Assembly (NCBI RefSeq): GCF_009914755.1
Contig: NC_060934.1
Reading direction: 5' to 3' (one strand)
From: the human T2T-CHM13v2.0 reference genome, Homo sapiens
DNA length: 64,000 bases
The notes beneath the pieces are model-generated. The model was not told where the DNA came from, searched no databases, and saw nothing but the letters and a program-made list of their open reading frames with translations. Every line of letters starts with the position of its first letter. Positions within the stretch are counted from its first letter, which is position 1. Both the position numbers and the translations under genes were made by a program. Positions 43,546 through 58,283 of this stretch are shown here, one piece after another.

Positions 43546-43954
43546 CCACCCCACCACATTTTTGTTCAGATGTCCAGGGCAATTTTTCTTTCACATCATC
43601 GTTCTAGGATCTCTGTAGATTATAGAAGTAAGAATGAGATTCAGAAAGTTCAAGAGCATAGACTAGATGATTATGCAAAGCTCGCCACCATTCTATAACA
43701 TAACAAGCCAATAAACTAACATGATCAATTAATCAATAGCCACACTATGAAAGCTCAATATGCTTGCCCACGGATGGCTCAAATCCTCAAGTTTAGCTAT
43801 ATTATTTTAAGCAGCTCTACTACTGCTAAAACACTGCTCCTATCCTCCTTTTGCTTCCTATACAAATGTACATGAATAACCCAGGGTTTTTAAGAAACAA
43901 AACAGCTGTAATAAATATAGAAATATTTCAAATAAATAAAAAATTATGCAAGCC

Positions 43955-44305
<351 letters not shown>

Positions 44306-47300
44306 TTAGGCTGTCAGATTCTTAATAAGGGGGCAAAACAATGAGTTCAGTCTATTGTAGACTAAAAACATATGAAAAGAAAGCACATTATATTGGTAAG
44401 CTGTGTACTTAAAAAACACATGAGAAATAAGAACCAGTTTATTATATTCAGTAAATAGATATGAATAATTATTTCACTTATTGAAGCTTTTTAACACAAA
44501 ATCCTAAGAGACAAAGTATTTTCCATAGAGGCAAAGAGTGAATAATGCACTTCAATCAATCTCTTAATTCATCTTTTCCAAAGGATGGAATCATGATATA
44601 TCGTGAATAAATAAAAGGGTGGCTTTTCTGTCTTCCAATCCCTAAATATTCATATAAAAATATATGCCTAGAGGATTATTCCAAACAATCTCAATTATTT
44701 TGAACAATCTAAAATACTTTGAATGTTTACTATAGATTTAAGAAAAAAAAAAAAAAACCTGGTATAAAATTCCTCAGAGGGAAAAAGTCCATGAGGAGGT
44801 AGCCTGGTACAATGAAAAACAAGCAAAAACAGTATAGCCTAAGAAATAGAGATCCAGCTCTAACATGTAAATGCTGTGTGTCCTTATAAAAAGTTACCTA
44901 CCTTCTGTGAGCCACACTTTTTCTGTTCTGTAAAGGAAACACAGTAATATCTCATGGGATTGTTGAAACACTAAATGGGATAACAAATGTATAACACCTA
45001 GCATGTTGCTTACATGGAAATTGAGACTCAAGAGTCCTTCCATATTTGAGGTCACGTAGTTTTTCCCTATAATTTCTCTGCATTAGTCAATTTCTGCTGT
45101 CTACACACACAGAAAATGCCTTCCAGTATTTGAGGACACCTTAAGTGTACAAATACACTGACAAGTATTCTCTTCTTCAAACTGAACCTTTTCAGTTTCT
45201 TCAAAATTCTAGCTGTTTCAGGGTATGCAGGTCATAAACCATCTTGGTTGTACTTTCTCATTTTATTTATTGCCTTCAAAGTACAGGAGCCAGAAAAGGA
45301 AGTCCCCTTCAGCCATAATCCGATCAGTTGATAAGGATCTGACCCTCACTTGTTTAGAAGGATATACTTCTACTAGAGCTGTCTGTGATTACATTATTGA
45401 TTTGGAGGACTCTGTCATTCAAGAGGACTCCAACTGAACTGGCAGGCAACCAGAATCCTCTAGGCTTTTTGAAACAGGATGCTTCCTTTCATTTATTTGT
45501 TTTTTTATATTATCACATACATATACAACACAATCTTATTTTTAAACTCATTTCTACAGAGGAAATAGTTTTATCATCTTCCAAGCTCATGAAACTTTTG
45601 ATGAAAACATTAAGAAAAGCAAATTCAAAAGGAGAAACTGCATACGATCTTATGTAATGCTTATATTCAAGTATTGAGTGATGTGTAAGATGAAACATAC
45701 AATGATATAATCTTCTACCAAGCTGAAGTATTTCAGATACATGCTTCATTCTAGGCACTACTGCAATCTGTATCTACAGAACAAAATAAACAAATACCTT
45801 TGAGCATCTACTAAAATTTATATATTATTAAAATATATATATTATTAAATATATTTAATATATAATTAAAATATATATGATTGAAATAGAAAAAACATTT
45901 AAATGTAAAATTAATAATGTGAGATTTACCTTTAGAAATAACTCGTGTGCTTTTCTAAGCAATTGATTTAGAAATAATTATTTTTTAGAATAATTTTTTA
46001 GTCACAAAATCCAGATAAAATTGCTGCTAATTTGTGCAATCACTGGGTTCTTATTTAGTGTTAGGGTTTCGGACTCCCTTTCTCATTTATTTTTTCTATT
46101 ATTTAATATTTATATAATAATATCTTGCTACTATTGCTATTATAATGCAATGTAACATGAACGCTACCACGTATAAGTGCAAAATACTAAAGGGCCGCTA
46201 CTACCAACTGAAAAAAAATCGAGGCTACATAATTGAGACATGCAAATGAACTGAGTTTTTTTGTTTGTTTATTTGTTTTTAGGAGAAGTGTTTTTATTCA
46301 AATAAGTATTCCTAATTCTCAAAGACGTGACGTGGAACCAGACTTATTTTATATCCAGTATCTTACAAAATACAAAGCAACATGCCGGTTTTGTTAGCAC
46401 TTTTACTCCGGAGTTGGAGTGATTAGGTTTAAAACTTAGCTTAAGCTTCGCCAGCCATGTGATCTGAGGCAAGTGATTAAATTACTCTGCGTGTCAATGT
46501 TCTATTTGATACAACGTGAACTAGAGTAATAACTCTACTGCATGATTGTTTTGAGTAGTAATAGCTGTATATTACTCTGTAGAGTCTTTAAAATAAAAAA
46601 ATCTATTATTGTTACTATGAAGAAAATAAATCTGCATGTATAGGGATATCCTTCTTATGCCCACAACTGACCATTCTATAGCAGTAATTTATAAAGATCA
46701 AATTGGTCTCTGGCAGTTGTTCTTGGGTATGTGAAAACAAAGAGTCATCAATGACAGAACAGGTCCATGGTGATTTCTGCCCTGGAAGAGCCCCGGAAGT
46801 CAAGAAGCTGTGGCACTGTCTATGCCATATAGAATCTCTAACCAGAGGCCGAAATCATCTGCAATCACTTGGACTCCACAACAATAGTGATTCATTTTGG
46901 AACCAGACTACAATGTGTACCATTCATAAGTAAAACAGGTATAGGCAAGACAGACAGGTTTATATCTACTACTTTTACCTCAAGTAGGAAAACTCCCTCA
47001 GAGATCCCCAAGAGTGGATCACCATTCTAAAGTGTCATATCTTGCCTGTATATCTTGCCATTTGTATGACACTGTTTATACATATACTCAACATACCATT
47101 TCATTAGATCATGATGATAAATAAGTCTGTGAATTTGATAATGGGAGAATTATCCCATCTTGTGGAAAAAGAAACTGAGGTTCACAAATAACTCACTTAG
47201 GAAAAGACAGTAGGTAAGTGGCAGAAGCACATGTTGACGTCTTCCTAAATGAATTCTGAAGTTAGTAGAATATTTATTACACATGAAGGGAGGAAGTAAT

Positions 47301-47696
47301 TTCACTTATTAAATGCCATCGGGGCAGTGGGACATGGACACTATTGAACCTTGATGAGATGAATGTTGAAATGCTGATTGTGTCGAAAAATTAGAAGAAT
47401 AGAAACATAACTGAAATAGAAATTCTGTGTGCTAATAATCAGACTACAAATCATAATACTTTAACTTCACAGGTGTACACTAATGTTGGCCATTTTCAAA
47501 CATTATTTCAATATATGTTGACTTACTAATTTTTCCAAAAATCAAAGGTAGTTTTGAGAAGCCACATCTGAAAATATATGCACTATTAAGCTGATTGACC
47601 TTTTGGGATTTTAAATAATACATAATTGATTTTGTCTTTTTACTAAATGTATTTGTTAAGGAGATTGGACGGCATGCTTGTTATGTAGAAATAGGG

Positions 47697-47986
<290 letters not shown>

Positions 47987-49344
47987 TTAATTTTTTAAAA
48001 ATCACTTTGATTCCAAAACAATGGTGATTCATTTGGGAACCAAAAGACAATGTGTGCCATTAATGCATTTTTTAAAAGTGTGTATAGACCATGCAAACAG
48101 GTTTATACCTACTTCTACCACTCCAGAGAAAACTCAAGTGTTATTGCTGATAGAATGAGTGGATATAGGAGTTGGAAATGGATACTCTAAAGAAATACTA
48201 ACACAGGATGTTCCTGAGACAGTAAAGTGGAACAAGCAGCAAGACAAACTAAGAAAAATTTAAACGAGTTCATATTTTCTTCAAGGCTAGGGATGCGGGG
48301 GAGGTGTGTGTGTGTGTGTATGAACTTATTTTGAATTTAGGCCTCTGTTCCATTTCTTTGTGTTTTTTTTGCTGCTACATTGAGTCAATGAACCATACGG
48401 CTATTCCTTTCTCATCTAGAAGAAATGCATTCTTCTTCTTACTAGAGTTAAAATAATAAAGGAAAAGAAAACAGATCCACATCCTTGTGTGTGCTGTTGC
48501 ACAGCTGCGGTTTATGCTGATGGTCTATCTTGAGGCTACAGTTAGCATTTTAAGTGGATGTATTCTGCTCTGAGCAACAAAAGGCAATTATACTCTTTTA
48601 CTCAGAAAATCACTCACTTATTATACTATAATTAACGCAGAGATGCTGGTGGAAAGGTGCGACTTGAGCAATCAACAGCAAGTGGTTTATATTATATATA
48701 CATTATATTATATATTATATTTATATTTACATATAATATATATTCTATATATATAATTTCTCCAATATTTTTAATATATGTATGAGAAATTATATTTTCC
48801 TTATTGTTAATTTTACTCTGTGGGACATTTTGATGTTTTAGACATTCATTTGAAAGTGAATCTCTTTGGTTTAAGCAACCTTCAAAAAATTAACCATACA
48901 CTATTATAATCACCATCTTTAATCTAGATTAGCACTTCATAAATTGTGGGCAGATATAGGAGAATGCTAATTGTGATGTTCGTGAGAAAAACGGACGCTA
49001 AAATACAGTTCTGTAATCAAATAAATAAACGTTAAATGGAAATGGAAAGGGAATGACCTTGGGGATGGGAATTGATATTTTAAAAACTAATATGGATTAA
49101 TGCCTACTTCAAACCTCTCTGGTGGTGGAAGGAAGCAGTGGGGATTTTGTATGTGTCATATTTCTTAATTTTGCCGAAGAAATCACCTCCTGCTTTAGAA
49201 AAAAAATGAGGTAGGATCTTATCTGTATCACTTACTAGGCATGAAATAGATGAAAGTTGTGGCTGTAAGGCTGTTATCACTTCTGTAAAATGTATGTGTG
49301 TGGAAGTCATTTTGAGCTAAGTATGCAAAGATCTGGCATTTAGT

Positions 49345-49826
49345 TGTAAAAGGAAAATAAAACCTCAGGACCCCAAACTCACTATGTCAAAGGGAAAAGT
49401 TAAGCTTGTCAACTGAGTCATGCAAAAGCTGCCTTCTGTTTGTCCCCTGACAGCTGTAATTCACATACTTACCTTATCTTGTATAAAATGTAGATTTACT
49501 GAGTGTAACATGAATGTGCAGTTGACCCCCACTCAATCTTTTTACATCTAAATTATAGATACACTGACGACCAATAACAGACACATAAGAATGTAACCAC
49601 TTGCTTCATTGCCTACCTTCTCTCACATTTCCGTCCTTTTTCTTCCCTTCCTACTTGCGCTTTCCCTTTAAATATTGAAGTTGCAAAATTCTCCTTTGGA
49701 AAAAACACAGTACATGGATCCTACTGGGACTTGTGTTTCTTTTTTCCCAAACGTATCCTCAACCTTGATAAAATAAACCTCTAAATCACTTGAGATCTGT
49801 CTGCCTCAGTCACCTTTTGGTTTACA
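49345..49826 (+). mobile_element. MER4-group ERV1 solo LTR
   Basis: tgtaaaaggaaaataaaacctcaggaccccaaactcacta...tttaca; aataaa signal; 4-bp TSD tagt/tagc. Confidence 0.82.
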
Positions 49827-51544
49827 TAGCGTAGTGGTATGGATATTTAAATAATATATGAGACCATTTTAAAATAAAATACTTTTGAAGAAATAAATAG
49901 CATATTTTCTCTTGATAGTATTACTTCTAAATGCAATCCATTACATAGGTAAAATTAAGTAACTGCAAACTTGGATAAATAATACTATTGTATAAAGGTT
50001 ATTTTTCCTTTAAGGAGAATCTTTTTAAAAAACCTTAGTACTTTTGAATTCATCATAGCCCAAATAGTATAGCATGGTCATAGCATGGTCATCAATAAGA
50101 AAGCAATAAATAGCTTTAATTATAATTAAAATTTTTATTTCTAATATTCTGATTGTACACTTATGAATTGTATATTTTGTTTCTGAATAATCTTTTATTG
50201 TTATTTTTCTTAAGAAAGGGATATAGCTTTGTTTAGAGTTCATAATTAGGAAGAGAGTTTTCAGAGTTCAAACAAATTTCATACTATGTGTTATGCAGCC
50301 AGAAGTAAATTCTTCTTCAGGTTACCCATTTTAATCAATTTTACTTAGCCCCAGGCATAGAGAACTAAACAGAAATGCAAGTTTAATTGTTTTTGTACCT
50401 CTCTTCCCTTAGACTGAATAGAGTTTTCTTTGTATTTTCTCCCATCATTAAGCATTTCTAAGCATTTTCTTGGACTCTTAAAAGTGTCCTGTGGCCCTTT
50501 CTTATAAGTGGAGAATGGGAGGTTATAATTCTAGGGAAAATTGGAGTTCTCCTGAAGACTACTGTGTTTGCATTTTGTTTTCGTTTGTTTGAATCTGCTA
50601 TTTAGGTGGCTCTTATAACAGGCAATGTAGGTAAGAGAGGCAGCTTTTTAACAGCAGAAAAATTATTTCGCATTCCTCATTTGGTCTGTTGCCCTAGGTT
50701 ACCAAATATTGTACTGTTGCTCTAAGATAAATAACTCATGGTACCCAGCAAGAGCAATAGTGAAGGTATTCAATCAGTACATCATTACAAAAGATATATC
50801 TTCTTGTTTACATGCATATGTAAAAACAAAGTCCCAGGAAAGCAATTCGGTTCTTGCTAAAACTTTAACATCTACAGTTAACACATACTGAAATATCTGA
50901 AAATTTTATGTTTATATTAAAATATAGGTAGGCACATTATTTTAATAGTTCTTCTAAAAATATAATGTCTGAAGTAAAGCAATTAAAGTGTCTCATTTGG
51001 ATTTAATATTTAATATAACTAACCTAAATTTTAAAATGACATTAATCCCTCTTTTGAGTGTAATATTATCATTTCCTTTATGCAATTTTATAGTTTTTAT
51101 ACAAGGAGTGGTATGTTGAGGTAGAAATAAAAACTAACAAAATATGTATATGCTTTTGGAATTAAAACTGCTTTCCATTGATTAAATATGTATTTTTATG
51201 GTAAGATAGCAGGAAGCAGCTAAGAAAATTTTTTAAAATAAAACAATTGGGTAATTTATGACTTCTTAAATATGTATTGCAAAGTTGATTTCAGAAGAAA
51301 CCTTGGGCTTCCTATTCTTATTAGTAGTTTTGTCATAAGCATCCAGGGAATTTGAGGGTCCAAAATTCTCTTCCAAGTAACTCCCACCCCCAAAACAATT
51401 CATCTAGGGTCTGAAAAACATAAGGAGAGAAGAAAACCTAAATTTTGGTTGCTCATAGAATGTCTAACCAGATAGTGATGATGACAAATACAACAACAAA
51501 AATAATGTGGGACACATTTTACTAAGCTTTGTATATTTTAGTCT

Positions 51545-51735
51545 AGCAATTCTCAAATGTTAGCATAAGTCAGAATCAAGTTGAGGACTTGCTAAAACCC
51601 AAGCTGTTCGCCTCCACCCCACTGATCACCCCACTGATTCAGTAGGTCCAGGTTGTGGTCTGAGAATATACATTACTAGCAAGTTCCCAAGTGATATTTA
51701 CAGTGCTGGATACGTTACTACACTTTGAGGACCTT
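51545..51735. mobile_element. MER5A hAT MITE
   Basis: ttctcaaa...agaatca...ctgattcagtaggtc...aagttccca.gtgat...acactttgag. Confidence 0.75.
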
Positions 51736-51818
51736 TAACCTACAAAACAATTTTTATGAGGCAAACAATATTACTCCTGCTTTACAGAATCTGAAGAAGA
51801 ATCTGAGCCTCAGAGTTA

Positions 51819-51898
51819 TTAGGTTGATGCAAACGTAATTGCGGTGTCTGTCATTAAAAGTAATGGCAGACACTGCAGTTACGTTTGCATCAACCCAA
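51819..51898. mobile_element. MADE1 (Hsmar1-derived) MITE
   Basis: 80-bp palindrome ttaggttgatgcaaacgtaattgc...tttgcatcaacccaa preceded by TA. Confidence 0.95.
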
Positions 51899-54179
51899 AT
51901 ATTAATAAGTACAGTCTAAAGTCACCCTGTGGTTCAAGTACAGGACCCTATTACTCTTAATTCCAAAATCATAGCCATTGAATTTAGAAAAGGTCACTGG
52001 CATTAAAGTATCTGAAAGTCAGTAAAAACTTTGCTCTGAAAAATCTGAAATGCAGTATTTGATATATCTTGTTCCTTCTGTCATGCAATGGCATGGAACG
52101 TTGACTATCCATTTAATCTGACCAATGTGAATAACGCCAACTCCCTTTAAGTTGAAAATGACTTTATTCTTAACAGCTTGTAGAGGAAAATTAGCCAAGC
52201 AATTTCATTTCATAATTTCACTTTGAGCTATATTATTACAGGAAAGGTTGAGATTAAACATTAGGTCTGTAAGAAAAATACCTCTGGTAATGCATTGCTT
52301 AGCTTAGCTGCTTGGATGAGAAAACACTATGAAACTTCCCTAAGCCTTTCAGCCAGGTCATGGTTGTTTAGCACACACTTGACAAAGGCAGAAATGGTAT
52401 GTACCACATTGTAAACTCAGACAATAATTAGGGGGAGAGGAGCACAGGTGAAAGAGGGTTCGACATATGTGAAGCAAGGGAATAGGAAATCAGCAACAGG
52501 CAAAGTGTATCCAAGATATTTAACCCTGGAAAACCTAGAATGGAGAGTTACTCCTAATAACATACAAGTTGACAGTCAGGAACTCTGATAGAAAGTGTTT
52601 TTAAGGTAGCAACAGCAAGAAGTGGAACCTGCTAAGTGTAAGCTTCTTTGACCTATAAGATCACTGGTAATTTATGTGGCCTGACTTTGAGTATAGCAGG
52701 GTAAAAAGCAATAAATTAGAACTGGGCTCTCGCTGGATATGTTGGGTTTGTTTGTTTATTTGCTTGTTTGTTTGTTTGTTTTTTGAGAGACCTCATATGA
52801 AGGAGAGAACCCATATATATTATTCAAACCTGTATCCTTGAAAGTATCATATTGTTTGATACGTGGTAACGGCTCAGATGTTTGTTGTTTTTTTTTTCTT
52901 TTGAGTGGAAAAATGGATGTTTAGTTAGAGGTGTGCATACAAAGATAGATAAGTGAGTGAAAATGTATAAACATAAATTGAGAGTTAGGATTTTCCAAAG
53001 CATGAGTAGAAGGCAGTTTAAAAATGTTTAGTTTGATTTCAAACATATGGAAACAGTCTTAGGGAGATACAGGTTCTAGATTCAAGTTTATCTGTGAACT
53101 AGTAGTGTTACTTTGGGAACATCTTTGTACTTTGAGATATTTGAGATATTGAGACAAAATTATCTCTGAGTAAGAGAAAGATATACTTTAGTTATATTTA
53201 AATATTTTGCAATTTAATACCTACAGGCATAATAAATTCTTACTGTCAATCACCATAGATTCTGATTTTAAAATAATTTCAATGTAATTATATTTAAGAT
53301 TGTGCAATTAGAATGACCTGTGTGATTACAGCTGAGCTGAATTTTGTAATTCAATTAGTTGGTGAATAAATTTTTTTACTCTATAACTTGGTATATGAAA
53401 GACTACATTTTAAAGCCTTTAACAAAAGTCTTTATGAAATAAATTATTAAATTGGAAATTAATTAATTGAAATTACAACAATCCACTTGTTCTATAAAAC
53501 TCAAGCATGAAATATTTTACCAAATTTGTGATGGTCTTTAAAAAATTAAAAAATTATCTCCTAGCTTAATACACTAAAGGATATATAAAGAATTTAGCTA
53601 TGTAGACTTAAATACTCAACACACAGGCAAAACAAAGTATGACCTCTCTGTGAAAGGTCTAAACCCTGATTTTTAAAATGCTTGATAATTTGAAAACCTG
53701 TTCAGTTTTTAGATATTTTAAACATTTCATATTATGTATCTAGTGAGACATAATCACATAATTTCATGAAGTTTCCTGCTTTTTCTTAACTAATAATTCT
53801 CTATTTCTCAGTGAACCATGAAGGCTTTAGCTGTTACTTACTCAAGTTGGTTATTATTGTCACACAGCCATCACTGAAATTTATAAATTCCAAAATAAAG
53901 TTAGACACATGATCCTAAGCTCCATGCTACCCAGACATTTACCGCCTCCACAGACACTGGCTCTGCTTCTTGAGGAGAGAGGGAATATAATATTTGGCCC
54001 TGTATTTGTGTTAGTATAGGTCAAAATTTTTGTTGAAAGGTGAATAAACTATTGGATGGTAGGTTAGTAAGTGCTCTTCACAAAAAAGTGCATGGGTGAT
54101 ATTATCACTCGTGCATTCAATCTAATACTAAAGTATTAGATTCAAAGAAAATTTTCCTCAAAAGAATATAGTTTAGAAA

Positions 54180-54845
54180 AAAATAGTGTTGGCAGCTCCA
54201 AACTTCCAGCCTTCCAGAGAAACATCAAAAATGTGCAGAAACTGCCAGAACCAATTTGTCAGGACTCTGGAAATAGGCAAAGGTTTACAGCCACCAAGTG
54301 AACAGTAAATAAAAAGATAACTAAAAAAGTGGTAGGAAAACTTTGGGCCATTTTTGCTTGCCCTTTCCTTACTCCCTCCCTGCACCATGACATTCTTGAA
54401 GACGACAGCCTGTGTTCTCAACACAGGACCATTATTCCAAGTTCTGGAGAGAACAGAGCAGATCTCATTTAAAATCATTATGTGTGTCTATTCAGACTTC
54501 TCAGAGGACTGCCTGAAGGACTGACACAAGGTGATTGTCTCTGTTTTGCCTGTCTTAGAACTCAGGTCAGAGAAGCAGTGGGCATTGCTGTAAAATGTTG
54601 TAAGGCAAATGAAAAATGTGTAGTGGCCTAGGGCAAAAAAATTACACCTGAGACATAAAATGTCCTATGGCCTTGGGGAAAAAGCTAGGGAGAGTGTTTA
54701 TTTGGGAAATTAGGGCATTCAAAATACTGTGTATACTGAGTAATTTACAAATTCCAGGGTGTACTGAAGAATGCAAAAAGCTACACACGCCCAAGGCAGA
54801 ATATATTCTCAGAAAAATCATGGGAAATCCCTAAGCTTTCACAAA
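54180..54845 (+). mobile_element. Old L1M 5'-region fragment
   Basis: agaactg.cagaaccaa.ttt.tcaggactctggaaa...caaaggtttacagc motif. Confidence 0.55.
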
Positions 54846-56230
54846 AATAAAATTAAAATGAAGATTTACTCCTATATTTTATCTAAAAGTTTTATGTTTT
54901 GAGATATTTTATTTAGATCTATGATCTTTTTAAACTCTATTTTTTTATATGGTGTGAGGTAAGGGTCTATTGTTAAATTGAAAATTTCTTAATTTGTTCA
55001 AATTAGATGATTGCCATTCCATCATATCTGAGAGTGAACATTAGCAAAATCAAAATCAATACATTTATACTTCCTTCCAATTACATTTTCTCCAATTCCA
55101 TCTTTTTTGTGTAAGTATATCACCATCCTCATTCTGCCTGATTATAGGATGGAGTCTTGATTGCCTCTTTTCTCATTATTCTAATCCAGTTTATTACCAA
55201 ATTATATGGAATTTATTGGCAACATATCATTGGAACTCTTCTTTCCTCTGAATTCATGGTACTGTGGTACTCTTTCAAGTCAGAACTCCAACAACAGTTT
55301 TTCTGTGAACCACTGCAAGAATTTACTATTACTGCCAAATTTACTTATATTGTACACTGGTACCAGCTACTAAAATTCCAGACTTACAGCCTTTCAATAT
55401 CTGTAAATTACAAACATGTTTTCCTGGTATTCAGTGTTCTTCTGATTTCAACTTACTTTTCTGTTTTGCTCTTGCCTCTCATCTTACCAAGCTGAATACC
55501 TCCCCCCATTTTCCTGATAATATTAACTACTACACTGCCATAACTTGGATCCTTGATTTACGTGGATTACTTCCTATTATTATGATACTCCTTTCTATTA
55601 TCTCTAACACAGATGACAGCTCTTCACTGAAAATTTTTCAGATCATTTTGGCTGGAAGGTCTGAATGTTATTTTTTCAGCTAGATTTTCTGTCCTTTATT
55701 ATCTGGTCTTTTCTTATGGCACTCATCAGTTTATGCCATGCCATAAAGAGCAACTGCTTTTATAGGCTTTGTGCCATTTACCATAGCACAAAGTCCTTCA
55801 GAGTAAACTCTACAGGTTATTTGCACCCCAGGTTTTCTATTTTTAAATAGTGAATTTGCTACTGAACACACACTGTATATTAGGCAAAGTCCAATTCTGT
55901 GCTCAGAAAATAAATGTATTGTTCCTCATAGAGATGAAAGGACCAAAGAAATGACTTCACCATTTCAATCTATCAGAAAAATATAGTCTGCAGAGAGGAC
56001 ACCCTTTCAAAGTTATTGCTGTTTATACAGTGAATGTATGCTTCAATCATTTTGTCTACTTTCTCTACATTTATTGAATTTAATATATGCATGTGGGATG
56101 GAACCATCTTTAAACTAATATTGGTTTAACAAAAATGAAGATCTATATGTCATCAGCTAGATATGAAAGGGGAGACCCATGGATGCTCTTATGATAAAAG
56201 TCAGTTACAATAATGGTTTTATTATTCTAA

Positions 56231-56789
56231 TGTTGCGGGAATTAAGGGATGGGAGAGACCAATGGGTGGAACAAGAGGATTTTGTTTAGGTGGCCACTAG
56301 CCCAGCGGATTAATATCCAAAGGCTGAGCCCCAAACAGAGACAGGGCTTGACGTTTATACATGCAACCAAAGGGAGTTGGTCAGTCAGTGGTGCGAAACC
56401 TGTAAGGCGGGTAAGCAAGCTTACAGAAGCAGAACAAAGGCAGTTTATCAAACAGTGACAGGTTTTACAACTCAAGCCAGGTGTTGCAACTCAGGCATGT
56501 CTTGTGACCTTTGCTGTGCTGCACAGAAGGGAAAAACAGGAGCTTACAAAACTTGCAAAGATAATTGTGAGACTAGTAAGGGGGGAAAGGAGAAGCTGAA
56601 AGAGAAAAACTTGTTTTTCCCAACCTTGCTCCAGGATGGGAAGGAGAGACTCTGGAGCCCATCCCTTCTGGGCCCCGGATCTGCAGATAATGCTATCAAA
56701 GCCTCAACAGAGCGCTGCTCTTCCTGGGTCTTGGAGTGAGTCAGTCTAGTACAGGAAAATTTGTTTTTCTTTTTACATCTTCTGTTTCA
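56231..56789 (-). mobile_element. ERV1 solo LTR (LTR46/LTR6-related; family uncertain)
   Basis: 559 bp, TG...CA termini, perfect 4-bp TSD ctaa at 56227-56230 and 56790-56793. Confidence 0.82.
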
Positions 56790-57895
56790 CTAACACTGGA
56801 GCCAACTTCATTTAGATCAAAATCTACGTCTCTGATTTAGTCTACAAGACCAAATAGGATCTGTTCCTTCCTATTCCTCCAATCTCATTTTTCCTGAATG
56901 TACTTTGCTCCGTTTGAAATAGTGCCAGTCACTATTCTTTTATGTCTCTGCTTAAATAACTATGATTATGTTATCTAAATAGAACCTTTATGCACTCTTT
57001 TCTCTATATTGTATTCGTTTTCTAAACATTACTTACATTATATTGCATATTTATTCTTAAATTATCAGCCTCTCTCTGTAGTGTAAGCTCCATTACACTA
57101 CAGGAAAGTAGTATAACTCCCTACATTACTAGGGAAAGTATGTTTCATCTACAACAATACCTGCCATGTGATCCTCTTCAACACATTTGTTTAATAACTG
57201 AATGGAAGCTGATGACCTTGTTGTAAATGGTCCCTTGACTGTATGCCAGAGTGATTTTATTTCATGAAAACCCAGCATGACATCAATTCAGGAAGTCAGT
57301 GATTACAGAAAACTATGAAAATATCCCTTAAAATAAGTTATAAATGAGAAAAAATAATCTTCAAGGCACATGCTCCCTGGAGGGAACCAAACCCTAAAAC
57401 ATTCTCAAAGATGACAAAGTCTTCAAAAACCTGACTAATTAAATTGAAATTGTGCTGCGGCTGTTGTTAAGAGAGATTAACCAAAGGTAGAACATTTTCT
57501 CTCACCAGAGTCTTTGAAAGACAAAATAATAGAAAAACTTAAGTAAAAATGTTAGAGGGACAGAAATCTAAGGAGAATAGCAATAACATGAAGAGAAAGT
57601 GCAAAGAGAAAGGGTTGGGTTGTTCTCGTCAAATTATTGCTCAGAGTTGTCAGACACTTCTCATTATCTTAATGTAATGTATCTTCTTTTCCATGGATTT
57701 TCATCTCCATTGTATAATGTACCTTGAGCCTGAATTAGGCATTTTTTGCTAAAGCAGTAGCATTCAGAGAAAAAGATAGATTTGAGGTTTACCAGAGTCA
57801 TGCACACCTGGCAGTACTCCAAGACATCTGTAAATCATGAGGACTGAACCTCTGCCTTCAGAGTCCAAGGCTTAGGCCCAGTAAGGGGAAGTGGG

Positions 57896-58283
<388 letters not shown>

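Noticed and set aside
45225-45437. Possible coding exon after a pyrimidine-rich tract
   Set aside because: No recognisable protein similarity and no convincing donor site.
50070-53160. Several 8-11 bp micro-duplications (tagcatggtca x2, ccccactgat x2, ttgagatat x2-3)
   Set aside because: Ordinary slippage products expected at this density.
55157-55495. 112-aa hydrophobic ORF resembling a membrane protein
   Set aside because: TTG start, lies in T-rich L2-like sequence; hydrophobicity follows from base composition.
56377-56739. 120-aa Cys-rich ORF
   Set aside because: Lies antisense within a solo LTR with a non-ATG start; chance frame.
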